Shown in pieces: positions 28,341-38,305 of a stretch of DNA of 64,000 nt. Below the pieces are notes generated by a model, which saw only the letters and a program-made list of their open reading frames with translations, was not told the origin of the DNA and searched no databases. Origin of the DNA: an uncultured Candidatus Saccharibacteria bacterium (GTDB taxonomy: Bacteria > Patescibacteriota > Minisyncoccia > Phycocordibacterales > UBA5272). The first letter of the stretch is position 1. Each line of letters begins with the position of its first letter. A program made the position numbers and the translations under genes. Location of the stretch: NCBI GenBank assembly GCA_964457775.1, contig CAYWEW010000002.1, positions 44,335-108,334 on the forward strand, written 5' to 3'.

Positions 28341-28871
28341 TCAATTATACCTCTCCATCGCTTTCTGATACCCCTCTTCTGTAATTGTTTTTATTGCACC
28401 AAGAACTTGTGATGCAATACTTCGCAATATCTCTTCTTCCTCTTCTGTAACTTGACCCATTACATACCCTTGTACTTCTTCACCATGGATTGCTTTAATT
28501 TCCTTGCCATCAGTATCTTTGTGAGCTATGCCAATACGTATACGAATAAATTCTTTTGTCCCAAGACTTTCAATAACACTTTTCACGCCATTATGCCCTC
28601 CGTCTCCCCTGTCATGTGAAATACGAAACTTTCCATAAGCCAAATCTTTGTCATCATAAATAATTACAAGCTCTCTACCTTCGTGATATCGAAAGTATTC
28701 TAATATTGCGCGACCAGATTCATTCATAAACAATTCAGAAACAAAAATTTCACAGTTATCAATTTTCCCAACCTCATCTTTTATCATATCAAGCAGAATG
28801 CGCCCTACATTATGACGAGTGTTGGTATATTTACTTCCTGGATTACCTAGTGGTACAAGTGTGTATATCAT
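28341..28871 (-). CDS. pth: peptidyl-tRNA hydrolase
   Basis: MIYTLVPLGNPGSKYTNTRHNVGRILLD matches the Pth N-terminus and catalytic His (compare E. coli [24 protein letters not shown]). The ORF track extends 19 codons upstream to 28928. Confidence 0.85.
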   Translation of the reverse strand: MIYTLVPLGNPGSKYTNTRHNVGRILLDMIKDEVGKIDNCEIFVSELFMNESGRAILEYFRYHEGRELVIIYDDKDLAYGKFRISHDRGDGGHNGVKSVIESLGTKEFIRIRIGIAHKDTDGKEIKAIHGEEVQGYVMGQVTEEEEEILRSIASQVLGAIKTITEEGYQKAMERYN

Positions 28872-28975
28872 TGGAATATAGTGTACCATAGTTGTAATTC
28901 TAGTATATTTATAAGGTTTTTTATTCAAAAAATAATAATTATAAATTTTAAATTTTAAATCAATTTTAAATTAAT

Positions 28976-29005
28976 TAATAATTGAAAATTGAAAATTGAA
29001 AATTA
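28976..29005. repeat. short tandem repeat (TTGAAAA)n in the pth/lepB intergenic region
   Basis: attgaaaattgaaaattgaaaatt. Confidence 0.4.
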
Positions 29006-29053
29006 ATACAAAAAGTTGCATGATACATTTCAAATCTATATACTGAGCTCACA

Positions 29054-29779
29054 ATGTTTTCTTCTATCACGAACGTAATTCTTTCTTCACTGTCTGATGT
29101 ATCTCAAAATCCAGTTTCGATTGCTATTTTTAGTATTCTTTTTGTTTTTATTATTGCACTGATTCTCGCAACTTTTTTTACTTCATGGAGAGACAGACTT
29201 ATCACTGTAAAACTTCTTGAAGAAGATGAAGAACCTTCTTCTTTATTATTTTGGATTATCGGTATTATTATTATCGTAAAATTAGTACAAGGATTTATAA
29301 TTCAACCTTTTATCGTAGATGGTGGTTCAATGTTACCAACATATCACAATGGAGAATTTCTTTTAGTTGATAAATTTTCATATTTATTCCAAAAACCACA
29401 TAGAGGAGATATTATGATTTTCAAACTTTATGAAAACAATAACAATCCATATGAAGGTAAGCATTTAATTAAGCGTGTTATTGGTTTACCCGGTGATCAC
29501 GTTGTTGTAAGAGATGGTATTACTACAATTTTTAATACTAACAACCCACAAGGATTCGTATTAGATGAGTCATTTGTAAGTTACAAGGATTTACATAAGA
29601 ACACAGACATAACATTAGATGAAAATCATTACTTTATGATGGGCGACAACCGAGCACAAAGTTATGATAGTCGTGACTGGGGTCCACTTGATAAAGATAA
29701 TATCAAAGGACAAGTGCTTTTTAGAATATACCCTTTTAATAAAGCTGGGTATGAGCCAGGGCGATATACATATCCATAA
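29054..29779 (+). CDS. lepB: signal peptidase I
   Basis: Catalytic Ser box GGSMLPTY, Lys box KRVIGLPGD, and the GDNRAQSYDSRDWG box. Confidence 0.9.
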   Translation: MFSSITNVILSSLSDVSQNPVSIAIFSILFVFIIALILATFFTSWRDRLITVKLLEEDEEPSSLLFWIIGIIIIVKLVQGFIIQPFIVDGGSMLPTYHNGEFLLVDKFSYLFQKPHRGDIMIFKLYENNNNPYEGKHLIKRVIGLPGDHVVVRDGITTIFNTNNPQGFVLDESFVSYKDLHKNTDITLDENHYFMMGDNRAQSYDSRDWGPLDKDNIKGQVLFRIYPFNKAGYEPGRYTYP

Positions 29780-29815
29780 TAAATAGTTATACTTTAATTA
29801 CAACTTACATAATAT

Positions 29816-31126
29816 ATGAGTGAAATTCCACAAAAAAAAGAAAAGAAAGAAACACCACAATCCTTAAAGGGTATGTATGACATTTTGGATGAACAATATT
29901 ATGTTTATCAAGGACTATTCGAAAAGGCTCAGGAAGTTGCGCTATATTATGGTTTCAAGCCTATAGAAACCCCTGTTCTTGAACGTGAAGATGTATTCTT
30001 GTCTGCATTAGGTGAAGGAACAGACGTAGTTGATAAAGAAATGTATTCCTTCCGCTCAAAAGGTGGTGAACGTTTATCACTTCGCCCTGAGTACACTGCC
30101 TCTGTTATGCGTGCCTATCTTGAACATGGAATGCAAACACTTCCTCAACCGGTAATGCTTTATTCATATGGACCAGTGTTCAGACATGAGAATCCTCAAA
30201 AAGGACGTCTTCGTCAATTTAGACAGTTCAATCTTGAAATTTTGGGTACATCAAAGTCAATTGCTGATGCTCTTATTATTCGTACCCTTACGACAATACT
30301 TGAAGAATACGGTTTCAAAGATTTGATTGTTGATATTAACTCAATGGGTGATAAAGAAACTCGTCCGCAATTTATAAAAGAACTGACTAATTATTACAAA
30401 AAGCATTTGGATGTATTGTGTAAAGATTGCCATGAGAGAATCAAGACAAACCCGCTTCGCCTTTTGGATTGCAAACAAGCCGTTTGCCAACCATTCAAAG
30501 AAAGCGCTCCTTCTTCCCTTTCATTCCTTTCAAATGACGCACGTAGTCATTTCAAAGAAGTACTTCAATACTTGGAAGAAATGGGTATACAATATCGTAT
30601 TAACAATTCTCTTGTTCGAGGACTAGACTATTACAGTCGCACAGTGTTCGAAATAATAAAAGTTGATGTTGATGAAAATGGAAAAGAAAAAGAAATCACT
30701 ATTACAGGTGGTGGTCGTTATGATTACTTGGCAAAAATGATGGGAAGTAAAAAAGATATACCTTCGGTTGGTACCGGACTTGGCATAGAACGCATTATGA
30801 TGTTCCCAGAATGTAAAAAGTTGCTCCCTCGTATTATAAAACCACCGAAGGTATATTTCATACAACTTGGCTTCGAGGCGAAGCTAAAGAGTCTCTGTAT
30901 TATGGAGACATTACGTAAGAATAAAATTCCTGTATACCAAACACTTTCGAAAGATTCACTCTCTGCACAATTAGCTCAAGCTGAAAAAATGGAAATTCCA
31001 TATTGTATTATTTTCGGACAAAAAGAAGCTATGGATAATACAGTTATTGTTCGTAATATGTCTGTTCATTCACAAGATACTGTTAAGATTGATGCGCTAA
31101 GTGATTATATTAAACACCTGAAGTAG
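29816..31126 (+). CDS. hisS: histidine--tRNA ligase
   Basis: Class II motifs (RPEYTASVMRAY, FRHENPQKGRLRQF), GGRYDYL, and an anticodon-binding C-terminus. 436 aa. Confidence 0.9.
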   Translation: MSEIPQKKEKKETPQSLKGMYDILDEQYYVYQGLFEKAQEVALYYGFKPIETPVLEREDVFLSALGEGTDVVDKEMYSFRSKGGERLSLRPEYTASVMRAYLEHGMQTLPQPVMLYSYGPVFRHENPQKGRLRQFRQFNLEILGTSKSIADALIIRTLTTILEEYGFKDLIVDINSMGDKETRPQFIKELTNYYKKHLDVLCKDCHERIKTNPLRLLDCKQAVCQPFKESAPSSLSFLSNDARSHFKEVLQYLEEMGIQYRINNSLVRGLDYYSRTVFEIIKVDVDENGKEKEITITGGGRYDYLAKMMGSKKDIPSVGTGLGIERIMMFPECKKLLPRIIKPPKVYFIQLGFEAKLKSLCIMETLRKNKIPVYQTLSKDSLSAQLAQAEKMEIPYCIIFGQKEAMDNTVIVRNMSVHSQDTVKIDALSDYIKHLK

Positions 31127-31147
31127 CTAAGGTAAAATAAACATATT

Positions 31148-31765
31148 ATGAGAAAGAAGAGGGTTGGAATTGATTTTGATGATGTATTATTTTATTGTAA
31201 CGAAAACTTGATCCCTTTTCATAACAATCGATATGGTACGAATCATGTCAAAGATAATGATGGGACATATTTTCTTCATGATTTATGGAAATGCACAAGA
31301 GATGAAGCTTATGAACGTATCTTGGAATTTTATAATTCAGAAGAACACGAGGCAATGAAACCAATCGAAGGAGCGGTGGAAGCAATTCATCAACTTTCCA
31401 AAAAATATGATCTATTTATTATCACAGCGCGACCACCGGAAGCAGAGGAAGTAACCAAAAAATTACTTAAACATTTTCAAACAGATGAAATTGATTCTTT
31501 GGATAAGATTTTCAAAAAACTTCATTTTACAGGAACAGTAACCGGTAATAACCATAAAATTACAAAAGCTGAAGTCTGTAAAAATGAAAGTATTGATATT
31601 TTTATAGATGATCATATAAGTAATATTATAAGTGTTGCATTAACTGGTGTTCCTTCTATACTACTTGACCAACCTTGGAACAAAGATGAGGTTATTCCAA
31701 ACAATGTAAAAAGGTTATATTCTTGGGAAGAAATCGTTGAGGAGGTAGATAAAAGACTTTCATAA
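31148..31765 (+). CDS. HAD-superfamily 5'(3')-deoxyribonucleotidase-like protein
   Basis: DxDxV/T motif (GIDFDDVLF) at the N-terminus and HAD motif IV (FIDDH). About 205 aa. Confidence 0.6.
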   Translation: MRKKRVGIDFDDVLFYCNENLIPFHNNRYGTNHVKDNDGTYFLHDLWKCTRDEAYERILEFYNSEEHEAMKPIEGAVEAIHQLSKKYDLFIITARPPEAEEVTKKLLKHFQTDEIDSLDKIFKKLHFTGTVTGNNHKITKAEVCKNESIDIFIDDHISNIISVALTGVPSILLDQPWNKDEVIPNNVKRLYSWEEIVEEVDKRLS

Positions 31766-31808
31766 GCCCTTTGTTTTTTTAATAATTTGTGTTAGAATTG
31801 TCCCACAT

Positions 31809-32060
31809 ATGTCAAATACAAACGTAGAAGTAAAAAAGAACGCAAACGAGAATGCTCTTTCTCTTGTTCGTCGCTTCCAAAAGCGTGTTCAAGAATCTGG
31901 TGTTCTTCCACGAGTTCGTGGTATTCGTTACAATATTCGCCCACTTTCAGAGCTTAAATCAAAGCGTGCAAAGTTAAAGAAGCTTGGCAATCTAGCAAAG
32001 TATGAACTAGCGAAGAAGATGGGGAAGGTAATTGAACGCAAAAAGGGAGGAAGACGCTAA
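31809..32060 (+). CDS. rpsU: 30S ribosomal protein S21
   Basis: ALSLVRRFQKRVQESGVLPRV matches the S21 core (ALRRFKRSCEKAGVL). Basic C-terminal tail. 83 aa. Confidence 0.65.
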   Translation: MSNTNVEVKKNANENALSLVRRFQKRVQESGVLPRVRGIRYNIRPLSELKSKRAKLKKLGNLAKYELAKKMGKVIERKKGGRR

Positions 32061-32062
32061 TC

Positions 32063-32200
32063 GCGAGTCAAAAGTCTTAAAGTCCATAATGTCCAAAGTA
32101 GTACGAGTATGTATTCACTTTAAGACCTTATGGACTTTTGACTATCTAATCCGCATTCACTTTAAAGACTTTCGACTTTATGGACTTTATAGACTAAACT
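32063..32200. repeat. MITE-like palindromic element R2 (possibly composite)
   Basis: gtcaaaagtcttaaagtccataatg ... ccttatggacttttgactatctaatccgc ... cgactttatggactttatagac. Sits in the rpsU-ybeY intergenic region. Confidence 0.5.
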
Positions 32201-32206
32201 AAAGCA

Positions 32207-32605
32207 ATGACTCTCGTTGAACATAAAAATTTAACCGTAATAAGAAAGAAGGGTGTTATTCCAAATCTCCCCTACCTGTCTATTAAGGAAAAAATACTTG
32301 GAAAAAGCTACGACCTAACTATTGTTTTTTGTACGCCAAAAGAATCAAAAGAAAGAAATGGCACTTATCGTGATAAAGATTACCCCACCAATATTCTTTC
32401 CTTCCCTCTTTCGAAAGATGAAGGTGAAATATACATATCTCTTTCAATCGTACGTCGTGATGCGAAAAAGCATGACATGTCATATCAAAAATTCCTCCAT
32501 CTCCTTGTTATCCATGGAATACTTCATTTGAAAGGATTCGATCATGGTAGTACAATGGAGAAGTTAGAGGATAAATATCTACAACAGCACTACTGTGGCG
32601 CGTAA
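32207..32605 (+). CDS. ybeY: rRNA maturation endoribonuclease YbeY
   Basis: Zn-binding HxxxHxxxxxH motif (HGILHLKGFDH). Confidence 0.85.
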   Translation: MTLVEHKNLTVIRKKGVIPNLPYLSIKEKILGKSYDLTIVFCTPKESKERNGTYRDKDYPTNILSFPLSKDEGEIYISLSIVRRDAKKHDMSYQKFLHLLVIHGILHLKGFDHGSTMEKLEDKYLQQHYCGA

Positions 32606-32615
32606 CACAAAAAAC

Positions 32616-33764
32616 ATGATAGTGGGAATAGATATCGGAAGCGGAAGCTTGCGAGCTATTGGTGCTATTCGGGATACAGATGTTCGCCACCCTGTAGTTA
32701 TAGCAACGTACAAAAAAGCAATCGATGGTATTGAAAGAGGTAATATCGTTAATGACGCTGAAGTCACAAAAGCAATTATGGATGCGATTGACGCTCTTGA
32801 AATTGAATCTGGTCACGACACATTGCATACACTCATATCATTAGGAGCAATAGGACTTTCGTCCAATCACGTTAATGGTCAAACACAAGTATCCCGTGGT
32901 GATGCATCAGTCACGGATTTAGATATTGAAAAGGCAATACAAGAAGCTCATAAAGGAGTACCAGATATTAGAAACAAGGCTGTTATTCATACTATCCCAA
33001 TGAAATATAGATTAGATGGTCACGATGTTCAAGGAAATATTATTGGTGTTCGTGGAAATAAATTAGAAGTCAAAACTCTTTTTATTACTTACCCTCTTCA
33101 ATGCATGAATGTGTTGAAGAAATCACTTGAAAATGCCAAGATTAGAATCACAGATATTGTAGCTGGTCCAATCGCAGAAAGTATCCCACTTCTTACAAAG
33201 AAACAAAAAATTGCGGGGGTCGCTCTCATTAACATCGGGGCGGAAGTTACATCAATACTTGTTTATGAAAACAACACCCCTCTTCTTGTTTCAACAATAA
33301 GTGTTGGAGGTAACGACATAACAAAAGATATTGCACTTGGAATGAAGGTTACACTTGAAGACGCTGAAGAAATAAAATGTGGTCGTTCAACATTACCTCA
33401 CTCAAAGAGAAGATTGGAAGAAATAGTAGATGCTAGACTTGAGGATATGTGTGTGAAAATCACTAAAGAATTTTCGAGAATACAAAGACAAGAACTTCTT
33501 CCTGCTGGTATTGTAGTATGTGGTTCATCATCACTTACACCTCGACTTGAATATGTGTTTCGTGGAGAGTTGAAACTTCCAATAAAAATTGCATCAAATG
33601 AAATTGCTAAGCTGACTCATGATGCATTACGCGACAGCGGTTGGGCCAGATGTTATGGTCTTACATTCCTTGCTCCACAAGATACAGAAAACGATGTTCT
33701 TAAAGAGCTTTTAACATCATTATTTATTCGTGTCAAGAAAATGATTGTACAGTTTTTACCTTAA
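32616..33764 (+). CDS. ftsA: cell division protein FtsA
   Basis: Actin-fold N-terminus MIVGIDIGSGSLRA. About 380 aa, directly upstream of ftsZ. The ORF track starts at 32595, overlapping ybeY. Confidence 0.85.
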   Translation: MIVGIDIGSGSLRAIGAIRDTDVRHPVVIATYKKAIDGIERGNIVNDAEVTKAIMDAIDALEIESGHDTLHTLISLGAIGLSSNHVNGQTQVSRGDASVTDLDIEKAIQEAHKGVPDIRNKAVIHTIPMKYRLDGHDVQGNIIGVRGNKLEVKTLFITYPLQCMNVLKKSLENAKIRITDIVAGPIAESIPLLTKKQKIAGVALINIGAEVTSILVYENNTPLLVSTISVGGNDITKDIALGMKVTLEDAEEIKCGRSTLPHSKRRLEEIVDARLEDMCVKITKEFSRIQRQELLPAGIVVCGSSSLTPRLEYVFRGELKLPIKIASNEIAKLTHDALRDSGWARCYGLTFLAPQDTENDVLKELLTSLFIRVKKMIVQFLP

Positions 33765-33868
33765 TTTATAATACTTTTTAAGAAAATTAGAAAAAATATT
33801 CACCTTTGCAAAATATCTATCAAATTGGTATAGTTACTACATAATAATCTAACCAAATATACAACAAT

Positions 33869-35122
33869 ATGGCAAAAGTAAATCCGGAAATTGAAAGCTT
33901 CGCACGTATCAAAGTAATTGGTATAGGTGGTTCTGGAAAAGGTGCTCTCAATCACATGATTAACTCCAAATTACAAGGAGTAGAATTCATTGCGATGAAC
34001 ACTGATGTACAAGATTTGCACCATTCACTTGCTGAGAAAAAAATTCACATCGGTAAAAATTTAACCAAGGGTCTTGGAGCTGGTATGGACCCAGAAATTG
34101 GAAAACGTTCTGCTGAAGAAACTCGTGAAGAAGTTCAAGATGTTATCAAAGGTGCTGATATGGTATTCATCGCTGGTGGTATGGGTGGAGGAACAGGAAC
34201 AGGTGCAGCCCCTGTTGTTGCTGCAATTGCAAAAAATGAAGGCATACTTACTATTGGAGTTTTCACAAAACCATTTTTCTTTGAAGGCTCATCACGTATG
34301 AAGTTAGCAGACCGAGGACTTGAAGAATTAGAAAAAGAAGTCGATGCACTTATTGTTATCCCTAACGATAGATTACTTTCTGTTATTGATAAGAACACTT
34401 CAGTTAAGCAGGCGTTCGAGATGTGTGATGAAGTTCTTAAACAAGCAGTTGAGAGCATTTCAAATATTATTCGTACAGCTGGAACAATTAACCTAGACTT
34501 CGCTGATATCAAGAGAATTCTTAAGGATTCAGGAACAGCACTTATGGGTGTTGGACATGGTACAGGTGAGAATCGTGCTCGTGAAGCTGCCTCTGCTGCG
34601 GTTAATTCTCCACTACTAGATGTTTCAATACATGGTGCTAAAGGTGTTCTCTTTGCAATTTATGGAGCTGAAGATTTAGGAATGTTAGAAGTTCAAGAAG
34701 CTGCTAAGATTATTACAGAATCAGTAGATAAGGATGCAAAGATTATTTTTGGTATTGCAACTGACCCAACCCTTAAAAAAGATGAAATCAAGGTGACTGT
34801 GATTGCAACTGGTTTCCCTAGCGCATTTTCTACACGTGTAGATTCTTCAACTGTTTCTGGAATTGAAGCTAAATACGAGAGTGAAGTTCTAAAACCAGAA
34901 CATCACCTACCAAAAACAGAAACTGTAGCTACGGCAATTGATGAAGTAGATAGACGTGAAGATAAGCGCATCGATCACAAAATAGATGATGGTGAAGCAA
35001 AAATTGTTGAAGAAGATGATGGGAAGAAATCAGCACCAAAGAAAACTGTTTTCAAATTCGATGATGAAGATGAAGAAGATGATTGGGAGGCGTTGCCACC
35101 ATTCCTACGCCGAAAGAAATAA
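33869..35122 (+). CDS. ftsZ: cell division protein FtsZ
   Basis: Tubulin signature GGGTGTGAAPVVA and N-terminal IKVIGIGGSG. Acidic C-terminal tail. Confidence 0.95.
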   Translation: MAKVNPEIESFARIKVIGIGGSGKGALNHMINSKLQGVEFIAMNTDVQDLHHSLAEKKIHIGKNLTKGLGAGMDPEIGKRSAEETREEVQDVIKGADMVFIAGGMGGGTGTGAAPVVAAIAKNEGILTIGVFTKPFFFEGSSRMKLADRGLEELEKEVDALIVIPNDRLLSVIDKNTSVKQAFEMCDEVLKQAVESISNIIRTAGTINLDFADIKRILKDSGTALMGVGHGTGENRAREAASAAVNSPLLDVSIHGAKGVLFAIYGAEDLGMLEVQEAAKIITESVDKDAKIIFGIATDPTLKKDEIKVTVIATGFPSAFSTRVDSSTVSGIEAKYESEVLKPEHHLPKTETVATAIDEVDRREDKRIDHKIDDGEAKIVEEDDGKKSAPKKTVFKFDDEDEEDDWEALPPFLRRKK

Positions 35123-35125
35123 ATT

Positions 35126-35155
35126 AAAAAGGATGTCCAAACGGACATCCTTTTT
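35126..35155 (+). terminator. ftsZ terminator
   Basis: aaaaaggatgtcc-aaac-ggacatccttttt. Confidence 0.65.
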
Positions 35156-35195
35156 AATTTATTTTTTCCTTCTTCATCATTAAAATTTATCAAAG

Positions 35196-35232
35196 AAAAA
35201 TCCGCAAAAACAATCAAGTGCTTGCGGATAAT
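35196..35232 (-). terminator. terminator of the sigma4-alphaCTD gene
   Basis: Minus strand: atccgcaa-gcacttgattgttt-ttgcggat followed by ttttctttg. Confidence 0.45.
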
Positions 35233-35243
35233 TTAAATTAATT

Positions 35244-35846
35244 TCAACGAAGACAAAGCCCTCTTAGGGCAAGTAGCTCCCTAATTTCATTTACGCCTTT
35301 ACGGCCTAGATTCGGAATACCGAGAAGGTCCTCACCACTCTTCTTCAGTAAATCACCAATAGTAAAAATACTTTCTGCTTTAAGACAGTTGGAAGTACGA
35401 ACAGTCAAATCCAAGCGGTCAACAGGTTCACTATTTTCTTTTGGTTGTGTAATCAGATTTAACCTTAAAACTTCAGCTATTAACCTAGAAATTTCTGCTT
35501 CACAAGAGTTAACTCGCTTACGAAGAGCTTGAAATTGGGGATCTTTCTTTGACCAAAACAGATCTTCCAACATCATGTTTATGGGTTGAGCACGCACATG
35601 ATATTTAAGTTGACGAATCGATTTATTGCGAATCTGAGAGATTCGTTGACTAGATAGATTAAAATCAATACCAAGCTGTACTAAAGTTTTATCTACACAA
35701 TCAAGACCGTAATATGTCAAAACTATCTCTGCGCTTCTTGGTGTTAGAGAATCCTTAATCCACGGTACGATAGCCTTCTCAATATCTTCCGACAAACCAG
35801 GAATAACAAGACCAATCTTCACAAAAAACGCCTCTTTCTTATTCAT
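35244..35846 (-). CDS. fusion protein: sigma-70 region 4 (HTH) + RNA polymerase alpha-subunit C-terminal domain
   Basis: [43 protein letters not shown] matches sigma region 4.2 (REREVLRLRFGL..TLEEVG..FGVTRERIRQIEAKALRKL). [53 protein letters not shown] matches alpha-CTD ([53 protein letters not shown]). Confidence 0.65.
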   Translation of the reverse strand: MNKKEAFFVKIGLVIPGLSEDIEKAIVPWIKDSLTPRSAEIVLTYYGLDCVDKTLVQLGIDFNLSSQRISQIRNKSIRQLKYHVRAQPINMMLEDLFWSKKDPQFQALRKRVNSCEAEISRLIAEVLRLNLITQPKENSEPVDRLDLTVRTSNCLKAESIFTIGDLLKKSGEDLLGIPNLGRKGVNEIRELLALRGLCLR

Positions 35847-36157
35847 TTCTTAATCTCCTGTTAAAGGACAATAGTAACTAATCACGATACTACAATATTT
35901 AGTTCAATATGTAAATAATATCTAGTAATATCTAAAAATAAAAAAACCGCCACAAACTCGTGACGGCCTTCATCATCTGACTAGAACTTTTTAATTAGAT
36001 ACATAACTTACGTTAGAACTCTTCTCTTTGTGATATACACAATTTTCACAATTATATATTAATAAAATGTGAAATGCGTAATATATAGAAGAATCTTCTA
36101 ACATCAAATATGTATCCGATCATTTCCAGTAAGACGACAAATTATTTATTACTACAA

Positions 36158-37003
36158 TTACCTCGAACTTCTTATTATTAACTTGTCGCAATAATCATCT
36201 ATCGCGATAGCTTGAAAACGATGAATCAAAAGTGTAATACTCCAACTGTTGCACGTATCCCTAAGTGTAACTATGACATCTCCAGAAAGAGTATGCCCAA
36301 GGGATTTGATGAGTACGAAATTGTCCATAAATGCTGCATTTGGAACATAAGACGACACCCACACTTCTCTCTTTATGTTATAAAACCTTATCCACTGTGG
36401 AGTTCCGAGATTGTCGATGTAGTGCAAATGCTGCCCATCATTCCATAGCTGAATTGCCATCCATGGAGTTTTTACAGGTGATAGTTTCCGTTTCTGAACC
36501 TGAAAAAGGAACTTTGGATAGAGGAGAGCTGATGCTGTTAATCTAGGTTTTGGGGCCTCGATTTTTTTAGCTTCAACGCACATCTTTATATCCATCTTTC
36601 CGTTGTCTTTCTTAACCGTACGAACACGAGTTCCTACTTTTTCCAATCTGAAGCTTGTACCATCTCTCCAGACTTCACACATATAACCATCTTGAATCTG
36701 GAATGTGAATGGCGGGTAATCAAGCAATTCATAACGTATTGTTACGGTCAAAGTTAGTACCCCGTTAACAGTAATTCTTTCAGCTGAAAGCAGAAGTTGC
36801 TCACGCCCGAAAAATGGACACCCGCCGGCTACACGTTGAATTGGCTTATATCTTTCATTCACATCTGCAAAAAGACGTTTGATTCTGTGCCACCCTGATC
36901 TCCTGAAATGATCATATAAGTTCCCGTCGACATTACAAAGTTTCCATCCCCTTTTGGGTTGAACATCTTGGGTCGCCGTAGGACTTGCCGTTATTTCACT
37001 CAT
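36158..37003 (-). CDS. hypothetical protein (281 aa, Trp-rich)
   Basis: ORF track only. No recognised motif. Flanked by long AT-rich intergenic regions. Confidence 0.4.
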   Translation of the reverse strand: MSEITASPTATQDVQPKRGWKLCNVDGNLYDHFRRSGWHRIKRLFADVNERYKPIQRVAGGCPFFGREQLLLSAERITVNGVLTLTVTIRYELLDYPPFTFQIQDGYMCEVWRDGTSFRLEKVGTRVRTVKKDNGKMDIKMCVEAKKIEAPKPRLTASALLYPKFLFQVQKRKLSPVKTPWMAIQLWNDGQHLHYIDNLGTPQWIRFYNIKREVWVSSYVPNAAFMDNFVLIKSLGHTLSGDVIVTLRDTCNSWSITLLIHRFQAIAIDDYCDKLIIRSSR

Positions 37004-37155
37004 TACCGTTTCCTTTCAAAGAGCTCTTCCCACCCAATGCGGAAAGTAATATATTATATCATATTTTATCGACTATGTCAATGTTATAAAAATCAATGTT
37101 ACTGTTATACTAAAATTTATATTTATAAACTATTAAACAGTAACTACTAACTATT

Positions 37156-38070
37156 ATGTACGATTTAATTATCATCGGTGGAGGACCAGCAGGAAGTGCA
37201 GCAGCAGTGTATGCAGCACGTAAACAATTAAAAACACTTCTTATTGTAAAAGAATGGGGTGGTCAATCAATTGTTTCCGATGATATACAAAACTGGATAG
37301 GAACTCCACATATATCTGGCTCAAACCTCGCAGAATCACTCAAGAGTCATGTCATGGAATACAAGGGTGATATTCTTACAGTGAAAGAAGGTTCTGGTGC
37401 AAGTGCTGTCACAGGAACAGATGGAAACTTCGCAGTGAAACTTGAAAATAATGAAACATTTAATGGTAAAACTGTTCTGATTTCTACTGGTTCATCTCGT
37501 CGTAAGTTAGATATAGACGGTGCTGTAGAATTCGAAAATAAAGGCATAACTTATTGTGCTTCATGTGATGGCCCCCTATTCACTGGAATGGATGTTGTTG
37601 TAATTGGTGGGGGTAATGCCGGATTCGAATCAGCCGCTCAATTACTAGCTTATTGTAAAAGTGTAACCCTTCTTTCTCGTAGTGAACCGAGAGCAGATGC
37701 TATTACTGTCGAGAAGTTGCAGAAGAAAGAACATTTCAAACTTATAATAAACGCAATTCCAAAAAATATAAAAGGTAGTACATTCGCAGAATCCATAACT
37801 TATGTAGATGGAAGTGGTAATGATGTGGAACTTCCAACTTCGGCTGTGTTCGTAGAAATCGGCCAAGTCCCTGCCACATCTTTCGTAGAAGGTGTTGTTG
37901 ATTTAACCTCAACAAAAAATATAATTATCGATCCACGCACTCAAGCAACATCTGTCAAAGGTATATGGTCAGCTGGTGATTGTACAGATGTGCTTTATCA
38001 TCAAAATAATATTGCAGCGGGAGACGCGGTACGTGCGCTAGAAGATATTTATCTCCACCTTCACGCCTAA
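37156..38070 (+). CDS. trxB: thioredoxin-disulfide reductase
   Basis: FAD motif IIGGGPAGSAAAVYAAR, redox-active CASCDGP (CxxC), NADPH motif VIGGGNAGFESA. Confidence 0.9.
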   Translation: MYDLIIIGGGPAGSAAAVYAARKQLKTLLIVKEWGGQSIVSDDIQNWIGTPHISGSNLAESLKSHVMEYKGDILTVKEGSGASAVTGTDGNFAVKLENNETFNGKTVLISTGSSRRKLDIDGAVEFENKGITYCASCDGPLFTGMDVVVIGGGNAGFESAAQLLAYCKSVTLLSRSEPRADAITVEKLQKKEHFKLIINAIPKNIKGSTFAESITYVDGSGNDVELPTSAVFVEIGQVPATSFVEGVVDLTSTKNIIIDPRTQATSVKGIWSAGDCTDVLYHQNNIAAGDAVRALEDIYLHLHA

Positions 38071-38092
38071 AATAATTTTTATTGAAGAAAAC

Positions 38093-38121
38093 AAAAAACC
38101 GAGCACGTATGCTCGGTTTTG
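38093..38121 (+). terminator. trxB terminator
   Basis: aaaaaaccgagc-acgtat-gctcggtttt. Confidence 0.65.
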
Positions 38122-38305
38122 ACTGATACTTACTATCTAGCGTCACCTAGATAGAGGGTTAATGTCCCTAGATAGAGTGTTTAACCTGGCTTCTTTTACA
38201 TCATCCAAAGCAAACTCATTTGCTTAGCCCGTATACATTATATCATGTACAACATCACAAAACAAGACTTACAAAATTTGTAAAGGTCTGCTATGCTAAG
38301 ACAAC

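Noticed and set aside
28976-29005. Possible CRISPR-like repeat (TTGAAAA x3)
   Set aside because: A 7-nt unit with no spacers. A simple AT-rich microsatellite in a promoter region. No CRISPR arrays or cas genes were seen anywhere in the window.
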